A stretch of DNA of 64,000 nucleotides from assembly GCA_944380395.1 (NCBI GenBank), contig CALWHM010000002.1:1526-65525 (forward strand). The letters are read 5' to 3'. The notes beneath the pieces were generated by a model. That model ran no database searches and had not been told where the DNA came from. It worked only from the letters and a program-made list of their open reading frames with translations. Position numbers and translations under genes: made by a program. Shown here piece after piece: positions 26,485 to 36,300 of the stretch (the first letter of the stretch is position 1; each line of letters begins with the position of its first letter). This DNA is from an uncultured Clostridia bacterium. Its GTDB lineage: Bacteria > Bacillota > Clostridia > Christensenellales > UBA3700.

Positions 26485-28163
26485 TTGTTACCTCCTTTCC
26501 CCGCGTTGCTGCGCTTGTATTCGCTGCTGAGCACAGGCGCGGGCAGGTATCCTTCTTTTTCCATATTCTTTTTATCGAAGATATACTTATCTCCGCCCAT
26601 AAAGAATATGATGAGTTCGTTGTCTTCATTGCACAGCTTTTTCTTTCCCAAATACCTGAGGCGGGTAAACGGGGAGAACATTCCGCGATATTTGACATAC
26701 CGCTTTCTTGCCTCTTCCGTGCTCTTGGCGGACGCGCACAGTTCGCACCTGCCCGCACTGTCCAGCGCGGCATTTGTGAATATTCTGCCGCAGCAGGAGC
26801 ACGCCTGCGTTTCTTCCTTTACGGTCATAGTCATCTTGTCGCGGGTGAAGCTCATATCCGGGGTAAAGTGAATGCGCCCTTCCGCGTCCTCAAACGCAAC
26901 TTCCGGATAAGGGCAGTCCGTGCATATCCACTTCGGCTCGTCCGGCGTGCCCGCGTTTATCATCTGCGCGTCGCATACACAGCGCTTGCAATCGCGGTTG
27001 ATACGCGGAACGTTTTTGCATTCCTTGCTTTGCAGGTGTTTTCCTATCTGACTGTATTTGATTATCTTTTCTATCTGCTCGGACGTAAGACCCAGATTTT
27101 CCGCGTCGGGATTTATCCTTATATCTTCCTTGTGCACTCTGCCGCCGTTGTCCGTATATCTGCACGATATGACGTTGTTGTCCATCAATTTTACGGTATG
27201 CCCGTTCACGCACATAAGCGTAACACCGCCGTTCATACCCACAAGGGCGCTGAGCGCGGGCTTGCCGTCGTGATACACGAAAAACGCGGAGTTTGTCCAG
27301 CGCACGTGCGATATTCCCAGCACGCTTATATTGCGGCACTCCAGGAAAGCGTCGTCGTGCGAGAGCTTTTCCGTAAGTTCGCCTATTATCTTTTCGTCCG
27401 TCTCCCCGAACCTGACGCATTCGTCAAAGGAATAGCTCATCTTTCCTTTGAGCAGTTTTTCCAAAGCGTTGAGCACGTCGTCTATAAGATGCGAAGACTC
27501 CGTCTTTTCCGCCCTCCCTGCGGCGCTTCTTTCGGGAATCACCTTATAAAGGCTGTCGTATATTCCCCTTGCCTCCGCTTCTATGACGGGTTCGAGTTCC
27601 GCGCTTGCCGCGCGCTTGCGGAAGTACACGCTGCACAACACGGGAACGGACGCGCCCGTGCCGCCGGACATCTCCGCTTTAAGGGAAATGCCGTATATGT
27701 CGTCGGACACGTTTTTGTCTTTCGCGGCGGATATGGCGGAACCTTTGAGCAGCGGGAAGAATATCTCCACCACTTTTTCCAGCACGACGCGGCACTTTTC
27801 CTTATCCGCATCGTTCATTGCCTTTTCCGGCTGTTTGAATTCCAGCAGGGAATACTCGTTATGATACGCCCTTGCCACGCTTTCTATAAAGCTCAGCCAT
27901 TGCGCGGTGCCGTCGCCCGCGCCCGCGTTACCCGTGCGCAGCGTTTCAAACCAGCTTGCGCCCTCGCCTGTGAAGCGCATCGCCCTGCCGCTTTGTTCGG
28001 AAGAAGCGCTTGCCGAATATACAAATTCGTGAGTGGCGGTGACTATGCGTCCGTCCTTCACTTCCCTGACGTTCACCTTGTCAAAGGGCACGCTTTCGCC
28101 GAGCAGTTTACACACGCTCTCAAACGCTTTTTCGTACTCTTTTCCGATCACTATCCTATCCAT
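26481..28163 (-). CDS. Hypothetical protein with C-terminal CxxC zinc-ribbon clusters
   Basis: 560 aa. Cys clusters CKRCVC...CTDCPYP and CSCCGRIF...CELC in the C-terminal third. No family recognised. 5-nt gap to the upstream SNF2 gene. Confidence 0.5.
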   Translation of the reverse strand: MDRIVIGKEYEKAFESVCKLLGESVPFDKVNVREVKDGRIVTATHEFVYSASASSEQSGRAMRFTGEGASWFETLRTGNAGAGDGTAQWLSFIESVARAYHNEYSLLEFKQPEKAMNDADKEKCRVVLEKVVEIFFPLLKGSAISAAKDKNVSDDIYGISLKAEMSGGTGASVPVLCSVYFRKRAASAELEPVIEAEARGIYDSLYKVIPERSAAGRAEKTESSHLIDDVLNALEKLLKGKMSYSFDECVRFGETDEKIIGELTEKLSHDDAFLECRNISVLGISHVRWTNSAFFVYHDGKPALSALVGMNGGVTLMCVNGHTVKLMDNNVISCRYTDNGGRVHKEDIRINPDAENLGLTSEQIEKIIKYSQIGKHLQSKECKNVPRINRDCKRCVCDAQMINAGTPDEPKWICTDCPYPEVAFEDAEGRIHFTPDMSFTRDKMTMTVKEETQACSCCGRIFTNAALDSAGRCELCASAKSTEEARKRYVKYRGMFSPFTRLRYLGKKKLCNEDNELIIFFMGGDKYIFDKKNMEKEGYLPAPVLSSEYKRSNAGKGGNK

Positions 28164-28168
28164 AAGCG

Positions 28169-30958
28169 TTACTCCGTCCTATCGTTTGCCAAGATGGCTT
28201 TAATGTCCGCGACCTTGTTGGCTTCCGCCAGCAGATTGTCGCAGAACGCCTTGCCGCCGTCAAATTCGTACTTCCAAGCCGCGCGAATGTAAGTGGCAAA
28301 GGTGCGCGCCACAATGGGTCTTAACGTGCCTTTCCCGCAGGAAGGGCACTTGGCTTCCCACTTGTCGTTGAACGCAAGCACGTGCGGGCGGGGATAGCAC
28401 TCCGCCTGATCGCACCTTGAACAGCTCTCAATGGCGTCCTTGCCCTGCCCCCATCTGCATTCGTCGGGGCATTCGTAACGGTTGGGGCAGGTGCTGCACA
28501 GCATTCCCAGATCCGCCACGCTGACGGCGGGATTGTCCTTGTATGCGGCAAGCACCGGACACCAGCCCTCCTTTTTTTCTTCCATTTTCTTGAAGAAGCG
28601 GCAGTGCGACATAGCGCACAGTTTGCTGCAATATACGCTCCTGTCCCCCGCTTCCCCGCTGTTGCACATTATGCCGCGCGAGTTGTTGTTTGCGGAGATA
28701 CACATATATCCTTCTTCCGTGACCGAACGGGTAAACACCTTATCGCAGTCACTGCACTTAAAGTCGTATACGCTTATCTCCTCCATAAGCGTGCCCTTGG
28801 GGTCGTCCTCGCGGCAGCGCGGCGTTTCCTTGCAGTAAAGCTCCCCGTTCTTCTTTTTGACTTCATAGTCTTCCAAAGAATACAGTTTTACGCTTCTGCA
28901 CACCGGACAGCGGACGGTGACCATTCGCTCACTGTTACTGCCCGCTATAATGGTGGCGTCCCCGCTGTTGCTGGACATAATGCCTATGCGCAGGAAGTAC
29001 ATCAGCACATAGCCTTCCAGCTTGTTCATATCCGCAAGCGAATATATGTAAACGTTCTTTTCGTCCTGTCCCAGGCGGAACACCCTGCCTATTCGCTGAT
29101 CCATAGACAGCGGGTCCGGGGTCACTTCAAAATTTATTATCGTGCTGGATTTCTGCAGGTTCACGCCCTCTGTAAAGGAAGGGTCCTCCACCACGAGTAT
29201 GGCGTCCTGTTTTTCGTTGAACGCCCTTACCGTTTCGTTCTTTTTGACGGCGCCGCCCGCAAGCAGCCTGCCCTTGAACTCCTTATCCTTTTTCAGTTCC
29301 TCTTCAAAGCGCTTTGCCACGGCGGCAGGGTCTTTCACGTCATAGTCGAAGAACACCAGCACGCGCTTGTCCTTGTGCTTTTTCAATATCTCTTTGACCA
29401 CCGCCATTTTATGCGCAAAGCTGTCCGGTTCGAACTTGAACGGCATAAGCCTGTAATGCGCCTCTTCGGGATTGATGTTGATCATCTGACCGCCGTAGTA
29501 TGTGCCCGAATTTTGCTTGAACATACTCTCCGGCATGCCCACTTTATTCATAATATGCGTGCTTAAAAATTCCGCATAAGCCTGCGCAAAGCCCCTGTTT
29601 CCGCGCACGTCGTCCAGATATTTTTTCAAAGACATCTTGGTGCCGTCGCTTATCTCCACCGCGCCTTCCGCGTAAAGGTTGGCAAGGTCCACCTTTATCT
29701 TGTCCCCCGCCAAACCTTCCGTCTGCAAAATGCCCGGCTCTTTTTCCATAGGGAAGAACAGGTAGTTTTGCAGCACCTTCTTCTTGGCTATGGAATTGGG
29801 CTGACGTATCATAATGGAGCGCAGCACGCCGTTGTGATAAGCGCTTGCCACGCGTTCGAGCACGGCGTTTCTTATCCCTTCGTCACTCTCCAAAAACTGC
29901 TGCACTTTAAGGAACTTTTCGCCCTCCGGCAGGGACTTGAAGTCGGTGCTTTCTTTATTCTTCTTCAAAAAGTTTTTGAAGGCGGGCATATGGTCTTCTT
30001 CCACCACCTTCACCTTTACCCTTTTGATAAACTCCATAACGGTGGTGGCGCCGTAACACACGTGGTTTTTGTAATACTCCTTCTCCTTGCGGTACTGTTC
30101 CGTGCGCTTGGAATCGTCCTTCTCGTCAAAGTCGGACGGATTGCCGCCGCCGCAGCGGATAAAGTACCACAGGCGGAACATATTCTCCAAATTGCCCGTG
30201 TGCGGCGTTGCCGAAAGCAGCAGGCAGTAAGTGGAGTTTTCCTGCTTTTTGGTCTGTATCATAAGTGAGAGCAGCTTCATAGCCTTGGCGTATCTGCCCT
30301 CCTCCGCGCAAAGGTGGTGCGCTTCGTCCACCACTATTACGTCAAACAGCAGTCTTTGCGTGTCCTCATGCCACAGGGCAAAGTCCTCCGCCTTTACTAT
30401 GATGGGCTTGGACGGGCGCAGAATATTGCCGCCCAGCGCCTTGCAGTCCAAATCGGCGATGTCCATATCCGCGCCCGCTTCCAGGAGCGCGTCCTTTCCC
30501 AGACCGAACTGCATTTCCAGCACGCTCTTCCACGTGTCGTACACCTGATCGGGCACGATGAGCAGCAAAGAGCGCAGCTTGCCCCTTGCGGCAAGTTCGC
30601 TCAAAACCACGCACGCTTCATAAGTCTTGCCGCTGCCCACCACGTCCGCAAGCAGTCCGAAGCCGCGCAGATCTCTCAAAAACGAGAGCGCCGCCACGCG
30701 CTGATGACTCAAAATGACGTCATCGTTAAAGCCCAGCCTGACGGGCACGCCGTATTGGGAATCCGCCTGCTTTTTATAAGTGAGCGGGTCTATTTTGAAA
30801 AAGCCGAAGTCGTCGTATCTGTCCAGCTCTTCCACGGACTTGTTGGCGTCGTACACCTGCCTGTCAAACGACTTTTTGGTCGTGGCGATATTCGACCTTT
30901 GCACATCTCTGTCAAAGGCGTGATCGTCCACTTTTATTTTGAAATTCCTATCTGCCAT
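28169..30958 (-). CDS. SNF2-family (SF2) helicase/translocase with a multi-zinc-ribbon C-terminal region
   Basis: Motif I ADVVGSGKT, motif II VVDEAHHL, SATPHTGN, and helicase-C QRIGRVFRLGQ. The last ~260 aa contain more than 25 Cys in CxxC-type pairs. Start set at ATG 30958, since the track ORF starts at a TTG at 30985 inside the upstream gene. Confidence 0.8.
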   Translation of the reverse strand: MADRNFKIKVDDHAFDRDVQRSNIATTKKSFDRQVYDANKSVEELDRYDDFGFFKIDPLTYKKQADSQYGVPVRLGFNDDVILSHQRVAALSFLRDLRGFGLLADVVGSGKTYEACVVLSELAARGKLRSLLLIVPDQVYDTWKSVLEMQFGLGKDALLEAGADMDIADLDCKALGGNILRPSKPIIVKAEDFALWHEDTQRLLFDVIVVDEAHHLCAEEGRYAKAMKLLSLMIQTKKQENSTYCLLLSATPHTGNLENMFRLWYFIRCGGGNPSDFDEKDDSKRTEQYRKEKEYYKNHVCYGATTVMEFIKRVKVKVVEEDHMPAFKNFLKKNKESTDFKSLPEGEKFLKVQQFLESDEGIRNAVLERVASAYHNGVLRSIMIRQPNSIAKKKVLQNYLFFPMEKEPGILQTEGLAGDKIKVDLANLYAEGAVEISDGTKMSLKKYLDDVRGNRGFAQAYAEFLSTHIMNKVGMPESMFKQNSGTYYGGQMININPEEAHYRLMPFKFEPDSFAHKMAVVKEILKKHKDKRVLVFFDYDVKDPAAVAKRFEEELKKDKEFKGRLLAGGAVKKNETVRAFNEKQDAILVVEDPSFTEGVNLQKSSTIINFEVTPDPLSMDQRIGRVFRLGQDEKNVYIYSLADMNKLEGYVLMYFLRIGIMSSNSGDATIIAGSNSERMVTVRCPVCRSVKLYSLEDYEVKKKNGELYCKETPRCREDDPKGTLMEEISVYDFKCSDCDKVFTRSVTEEGYMCISANNNSRGIMCNSGEAGDRSVYCSKLCAMSHCRFFKKMEEKKEGWCPVLAAYKDNPAVSVADLGMLCSTCPNRYECPDECRWGQGKDAIESCSRCDQAECYPRPHVLAFNDKWEAKCPSCGKGTLRPIVARTFATYIRAAWKYEFDGGKAFCDNLLAEANKVADIKAILANDRTE

Positions 30959-30965
30959 CGTCCTC

Positions 30966-33107
30966 TCACTCTCCCGATATATCAAAGTCTTCCATTCCCA
31001 CGAACTTAAGTTCTATGTCCGTGGCAGGCACCTCTTCCGTTTTGCCCCATATCTCCGGGGATTCGGATATAAGTTTTGCTATTCTCACCTTTTTTCTTTC
31101 GCTCGCCTTCTCCAGATTCCCGATGATGGGAGTGGCGCAGCCGTCCTTATCCACTATTACGCCTTCTTCGTAAGCAACCTGGCTGTGTATAAGCTTTACT
31201 CTCGTGCCCTTGTAATAATAGTAGATCACGGAATCCCTGCCGCCCGACACCACTTTCAAGCCCGCGCGCTCCGCCAAATGCTTTCTGCGCGCCGCCGCAA
31301 TGACCTGGTTTTTCGAATGCTCGAGAAACACATGCCAAGCGTTGTATCTTTTGAAACTTTGCTTTTTGAGTACCGGATCGTTCTGCGCAAGATAGTCCAG
31401 CTGCTGTTTGGATATGGGCAGGGAGAATATCTCATCTCCTACGGTCCTTGGAGAGTCTTCGTTTTCAAGCCCCACGTTGCCTTTCGCGGTAAGCGCTTCG
31501 CCTTCCTTTATCACCTGCCCTTTGTCCGCTATCCATTCCAATACTTTATGCCCGAACATATCGTGCTCTTCTTGGCTGTTGCGATTGTAACGAGGGTAGA
31601 ACCAGGTGGCGTAGGACAGAGAAAGGCGGGTCTTTACCTCTATATCATCCATAGCGACTATCGCCGCGCCCACGGCGGCGGCATATGTGGAATCCTCATA
31701 AGAGGCTATGGTAAAGCCGTCCTTATCCGTCTTTTCGTCGTCAAAGGTTATTATCTCTATTTTTTTCGAAAACGCCTTTTTTAAGGCGGTATCTATGTAT
31801 TGAAGCAGACCGTAAGTTTCGGCAAGTCCGCCCGATATTATTATCTTATGCACGTCGGAGTTTATCTGCAGGGAAAGCTCGTTTATTATGTAGTCGGCTA
31901 TCTCCTTGGCTACGCCCTGCACCCTTTGGGTTATGCCTATGCTGGCAACAAAGTCCTCGCGCGTGAGCTTGCGCTGTATGCGCAGGTCCCTGACCATATT
32001 CACGGGCACGCCTTCGGGGAAGATGTCCTTGCTTTCGGGCATACTGTGCAGTATTTTCGCCTTCTTTATGTCCTTCATAAAAAGGTACTGCTTTTCCCTG
32101 AGTCCCCTTTCCACTATATGTCCCAGCTGACCGGAAGAAGGCGTTCCCACCGTTTCCCTGTCACTTATCGTGCCTTCCATAAAATCGGCTACCGCCCTGT
32201 CCACGTCGTTGCCGCCCACTTTGCAGGGGGCGCTGTGACCGTCCGCGCCGTCTATCACCAGCTCTCCGTCCGTCTCCACGTTGGCGCGGGTGACGGAAAT
32301 GTCCGTTTCTCCCAAGTCGAACACGAGTGCGGAATCCCCGTCGGAGATCACTTTGCGGTACTTGGCGTAAATGCTCAGCGCCCTTGTGGAACTGAGCGAC
32401 TTGTCGGGAGTAATGCCGAACGCCTTTTCAGTGAGGCGGGACAGCTCCGTCTGATAGTCCTTGCTTGCGCCGGAGGGATACACCACCGCTATTTTCATAT
32501 TGTCGGAAAACTCCGCCTCGCCCGCGCCGCGCAGACCGTTGCGCACAAGCTCGCTTCCCTTCTTCTGAAGTTCCGCCACGTCCTTGCGCATCTTCTTTTC
32601 CAGCTCGCGAATGCGGCTCTTTATAAGTTTGGCGGCGTATTCGAAAAACATCTCACACACGCGGCGAGGAGTGTCGTCCGCGTCGAAAGTCATCTTTCCG
32701 TCCACCATCTCATTGAAATCGGCGAGCATCTCCCTGCTCACGGGGAAGTAGAATTTGGGAAATTTTTTGCCTTCGCGGTAAAAACGCATATTGCGCGCGC
32801 GAATGGAAACAGCCTGCTTTCTGCCGCCGTTTTCCGACTGCACCGCGGCAAGAAGGTTGAGCAAAGATTTGATCTTTACAACCGTGGCGAAAGAAGCGTT
32901 GTTCCCCTTGTCCACATCGTAGCCGAACTTCCACGTTCTGCGCTGTTCGTCAAAATGGGCTATTGCGGGAATAGCGACCTCCGTGGGCAGCAATTTGCGC
33001 GCTATCTTACCGTAAAAAACCGCGCCCGTCTGCGCTACGTCAAAAGCGTAAGCCACTTTCAAAGTGTCGCTGCCAAGGTCCAAAGCTATGTTCAAATCAA
33101 TGGTCAT
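30966..33107 (-). CDS. Hsp70/actin-fold ATPase (divergent DnaK-like) with an uncharacterised C-terminal domain
   Basis: 713 aa. Phosphate-1 LDLGSDTLKVAY, phosphate-2 VFDLGETDISVT, VGGNDVD, and adenosine motif IIISGGLAE. GGGGG Shine-Dalgarno. First gene of the operon. Confidence 0.75.
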   Translation of the reverse strand: MTIDLNIALDLGSDTLKVAYAFDVAQTGAVFYGKIARKLLPTEVAIPAIAHFDEQRRTWKFGYDVDKGNNASFATVVKIKSLLNLLAAVQSENGGRKQAVSIRARNMRFYREGKKFPKFYFPVSREMLADFNEMVDGKMTFDADDTPRRVCEMFFEYAAKLIKSRIRELEKKMRKDVAELQKKGSELVRNGLRGAGEAEFSDNMKIAVVYPSGASKDYQTELSRLTEKAFGITPDKSLSSTRALSIYAKYRKVISDGDSALVFDLGETDISVTRANVETDGELVIDGADGHSAPCKVGGNDVDRAVADFMEGTISDRETVGTPSSGQLGHIVERGLREKQYLFMKDIKKAKILHSMPESKDIFPEGVPVNMVRDLRIQRKLTREDFVASIGITQRVQGVAKEIADYIINELSLQINSDVHKIIISGGLAETYGLLQYIDTALKKAFSKKIEIITFDDEKTDKDGFTIASYEDSTYAAAVGAAIVAMDDIEVKTRLSLSYATWFYPRYNRNSQEEHDMFGHKVLEWIADKGQVIKEGEALTAKGNVGLENEDSPRTVGDEIFSLPISKQQLDYLAQNDPVLKKQSFKRYNAWHVFLEHSKNQVIAAARRKHLAERAGLKVVSGGRDSVIYYYYKGTRVKLIHSQVAYEEGVIVDKDGCATPIIGNLEKASERKKVRIAKLISESPEIWGKTEEVPATDIELKFVGMEDFDISGE

Positions 33108-33138
33108 ATCGTCCCCCTAATATTTTTATACATATGAT

Positions 33139-33167
33139 ATTCTAACACGATTCGACAATTAAGTCAA
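33139..33167 (-). promoter_or_regulatory. Near-consensus sigma-A promoter of the 11-gene operon
   Basis: The minus strand reads TTGACT (33162-33167), 17-nt spacer, TGtTAGAAT (-10 at 33139-33144). An A/T-rich UP-like tract lies upstream. About 30 nt from the ATG at 33107. Confidence 0.6.
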
Positions 33168-33269
33168 CGTTTTTCTTAAAAATAAAAGTAAAATTAAAAA
33201 CCTCGTTTTTTTAACTTTATTTTTCCGCTCCGTCCGCCGAACAGAAAAGTTGTTTTGCAAATTTTACCG

Positions 33270-33310
33270 ACAAAAAAGCTCCGACAGACACCTGCCGAAG
33301 CTTTTTTGTT
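33270..33310. terminator. Rho-independent terminator downstream of carB-dapF
   Basis: Stem GCTCCGACAG / CTGCCGAAGC (with G-U pairs), flanked by AAAAAA (33272-33277) and TTTTTT (33302-33307). This insulates carAB from the operon promoter. Confidence 0.65.
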
Positions 33311-33331
33311 TATTTTCTCCTTGCCGCGCGG

Positions 33332-36300
33332 TTAAATTTCCACGGTGCCTTCAAACACTTTTACCGCGTCGCCCGTCATATACACGGCTGCGTCCGTATA
33401 GTTGACTATCAAATCTCCGCCCAGCAGACGCACGGTGATGTCCTCACCCTTCTTGCAGTAGCCGTTCAGGCAAGCCGCGACCGCCGTGGCGCACGCGCCC
33501 GTGCCGCAGGCGTAAGTTTCGCCGCTGCCGCGCTCCCACACGCGCATTTTCAGCGTATGGTCGTCCAAGACCTTGACAAATTCCACGTTCACGCCCTCGG
33601 GGAACAGCTCGCTCTCTTCAAAAGCGGGACCTATCTTGGCTATATCCAGGTTGTCCACGGCGGGCAGGAACACCACGCAGTGGGGGTTGCCCATAGAAAG
33701 GCAGGTCACGTTGTACTCCCTGCCGTCCACGGTCACGGTGCGGTCTATAACGTTCTTTCCGTCCAGCTTTACGGGAACGGCGGCGGGGGCGAACTCCGCC
33801 TTGCCCATATCCACGCGCACCTGAATGACCTCTCCCGCGCGGGTGATGACTTTCACGTTCTTAATGCCGGAAAGCGTTTCCACGGTAAATTCCTTCTTGT
33901 TCACCTTGTGCGTATCGTACAGGTATTTGGCAACGCAGCGAATGCCGTTGCCGCACATCTTGCCCTCGGAACCGTCCAGATTGAACATACGCATTTTCGC
34001 GTCCGCGACAGAAGAATCGCATATCAGGATAACGCCGTCGCCGCCTATTCCGAAGTGTCTTTCGGAAAGCCTGACCGCCAAGCCCTCGGGATTGTCCAGG
34101 TCGTTGCCGTTTGTGCAGTCGAAGTAGATATAGTCGTTGCCGCAGCCCTGCATTTTGACAAACTCTCTCTTCTCCCTGCCCGTGCGCAGTTTGTTGATGT
34201 CCACAAGCTCCGTGTTGTATTCGGAGTAACGGCTCATCAGGCTGTTGACCACCGCCTCCGCCGTGTCTATGGACGTAAGGCAGGGAATGGCGCGCTCTAT
34301 CGCCTTGCGGCGTATCTTCACGCTGTCGCGCGTGGGCAGCTTGCCCTTTGCGGAAGTGGAGATGATGTAATTGACCTTTCCGCTTTCTATCAGAGTAAGG
34401 TTGTTGTCGAACTGATTCTGATGTATCTTTGCCACCACTATGACGTCGTTCATACCCGCCTTTTTGAGCACGTTCGCGGTGCCCTCCGTGGCGTAGATGG
34501 TGTATCCCAAATCGTCGAACTTCTGCGCTATCTCCGCTATCTCTCCCTTGTCCTGATCGCGGACGGTGATGAACACGCCGCCCTTCTTGCGCATCTTGTA
34601 GCCCGCCGCCACAAGTCCTTTGAACAGCGCCTCTTCCAGCGTGGAAGCTATGCCCAGCACCTCGCCGGTGGACTTCATTTCGGGACCCAGCTGCGTGTCC
34701 ACGTTGCTCAGTTTTTCAAAGCTGAACACGGGCACCTTTACGGCTACGTAAGGGGAATTGCGGTAAAGTCCCGTGCCAAAGCCCATATCTTTCAGCTTCT
34801 CGCCCAAAATGGCGCGCGTGGCAAGGTCCACCATAGGTATGCCCGTGACTTTGCTTATGTAAGGCACGGTGCGCGACGAACGGGGATTGACTTCTATAAC
34901 GTAAAGCTCTCCGTGATAGATAAGGTATTGGATGTTCACAAGCCCCACCGTGTGCAGGGAAAGCGCCAGCCTGCGCGAGCAGTCCACTATTCTTTCTATC
35001 ATCTCGTCGCTTATGTTCCAGGAAGGATAAACAGCGATGGAGTCGCCCGAGTGGATACCCGTGCGCTCTATGTGTTCCATAACGCCGGGAATGAGTATGT
35101 CCTCTCCGTCGCAGATGGCGTCCACTTCTATCTCCGTGCCCATCAGATATTTATCCACAAGCACGGGGTTTTCTATCTTCTGCGCCAAGATGACGTCCAT
35201 ATATTGGGATACGTCCGCTTCGGAGTAGCATATCTCCATATTCTGACCGCCCAGCACGTAAGAAGGGCGCAGCAGCGCGGGATAACCTATCTCTCCCGCC
35301 ACCTTTATCGCCTCTTCCTTGGTCATAACGGTGTAGCCGCGAGGGCGCTTTATCTCCAACTCTTCCAAAAGCTCGTCAAAGCGTTCTCTGTCCTCCGCCA
35401 TATCGATGTATTCCGCCTGCGTGCCCAAGATGGGTATGTTCTTCTTGCGCAGCATTTTGGTCAGCTTGATGGCCGTCTGACCGCCGAACGCCACCACCAC
35501 GCCGTCCGGCTTTTCCGTGTTGATTATGGACAGCACGTCCTCGTTTGACAGCGGCTCGAAGTAAAGTCTGTCGGCGGTATCGAAGTCCGTGGACACGGTT
35601 TCGGGGTTGTTGTTGACTATCACCACTTCATAGCCCCTGGCTTTGAGCGCCCACACGCAGTGCACGGAAGCGTAGTCGAACTCTATGCCCTGTCCTATCC
35701 TTATGGGACCGGAACCGAACACTATCACTTTTTTCTTCTTGCTCTTCAAGTTGTCTATGAACTCGCGCGCTTCGTTTTCGTCGTCGTAAGTGGAGTAGAA
35801 GTAAGGCGTCTGCGCGGCGAACTCTGCGGCGCAGGTGTCCACCATTTTATAAGAAGCGTAACGGGGATTTTTCACCTTCTCTCCGCTTATGTTTTCTATC
35901 GTGGAATCCAGATATCCCATCTTCTTGGCGCGCAGATACAGCTCGTCCGTGAGCGGTTTTGAAGCCAGCTCCTTGTCCATTTCCGTCAGATTTTTCAGCT
36001 TGGCGATAAACCACGGGTCTATCTTTGTTATCATATTGATGGCGGATATCTCCACGCCTCTCTTCAGCGCCTCGTATATCACGAATATCCTTTCGTCGTC
36101 GCAGTCGTGCAGTTTGTCCCACACCTGCGCGTCCGTCCAGCTTGCGTACTTTTTGTCCGTAAGGCTGTCCTTGGATATCTCCGCGCCGCGCACCGCCTTC
36201 ATTATCGCCTGCTCAAAAGTGGTGCCTATTGCCATCACTTCGCCCGTGGCTTTCATCTGCGTGCCCAGCTTGCGGTTCGCGTAATAGAACTTATCGAACG

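Noticed and set aside
9460-33167. The 11-gene locus as a prophage, ICE or plasmid remnant.
   Set aside because: There are no capsid, tail, terminase, integrase, relaxase or T4SS genes and no flanking tRNA or repeats. Composition is the same as the chromosome. It behaves like a single cellular operon.
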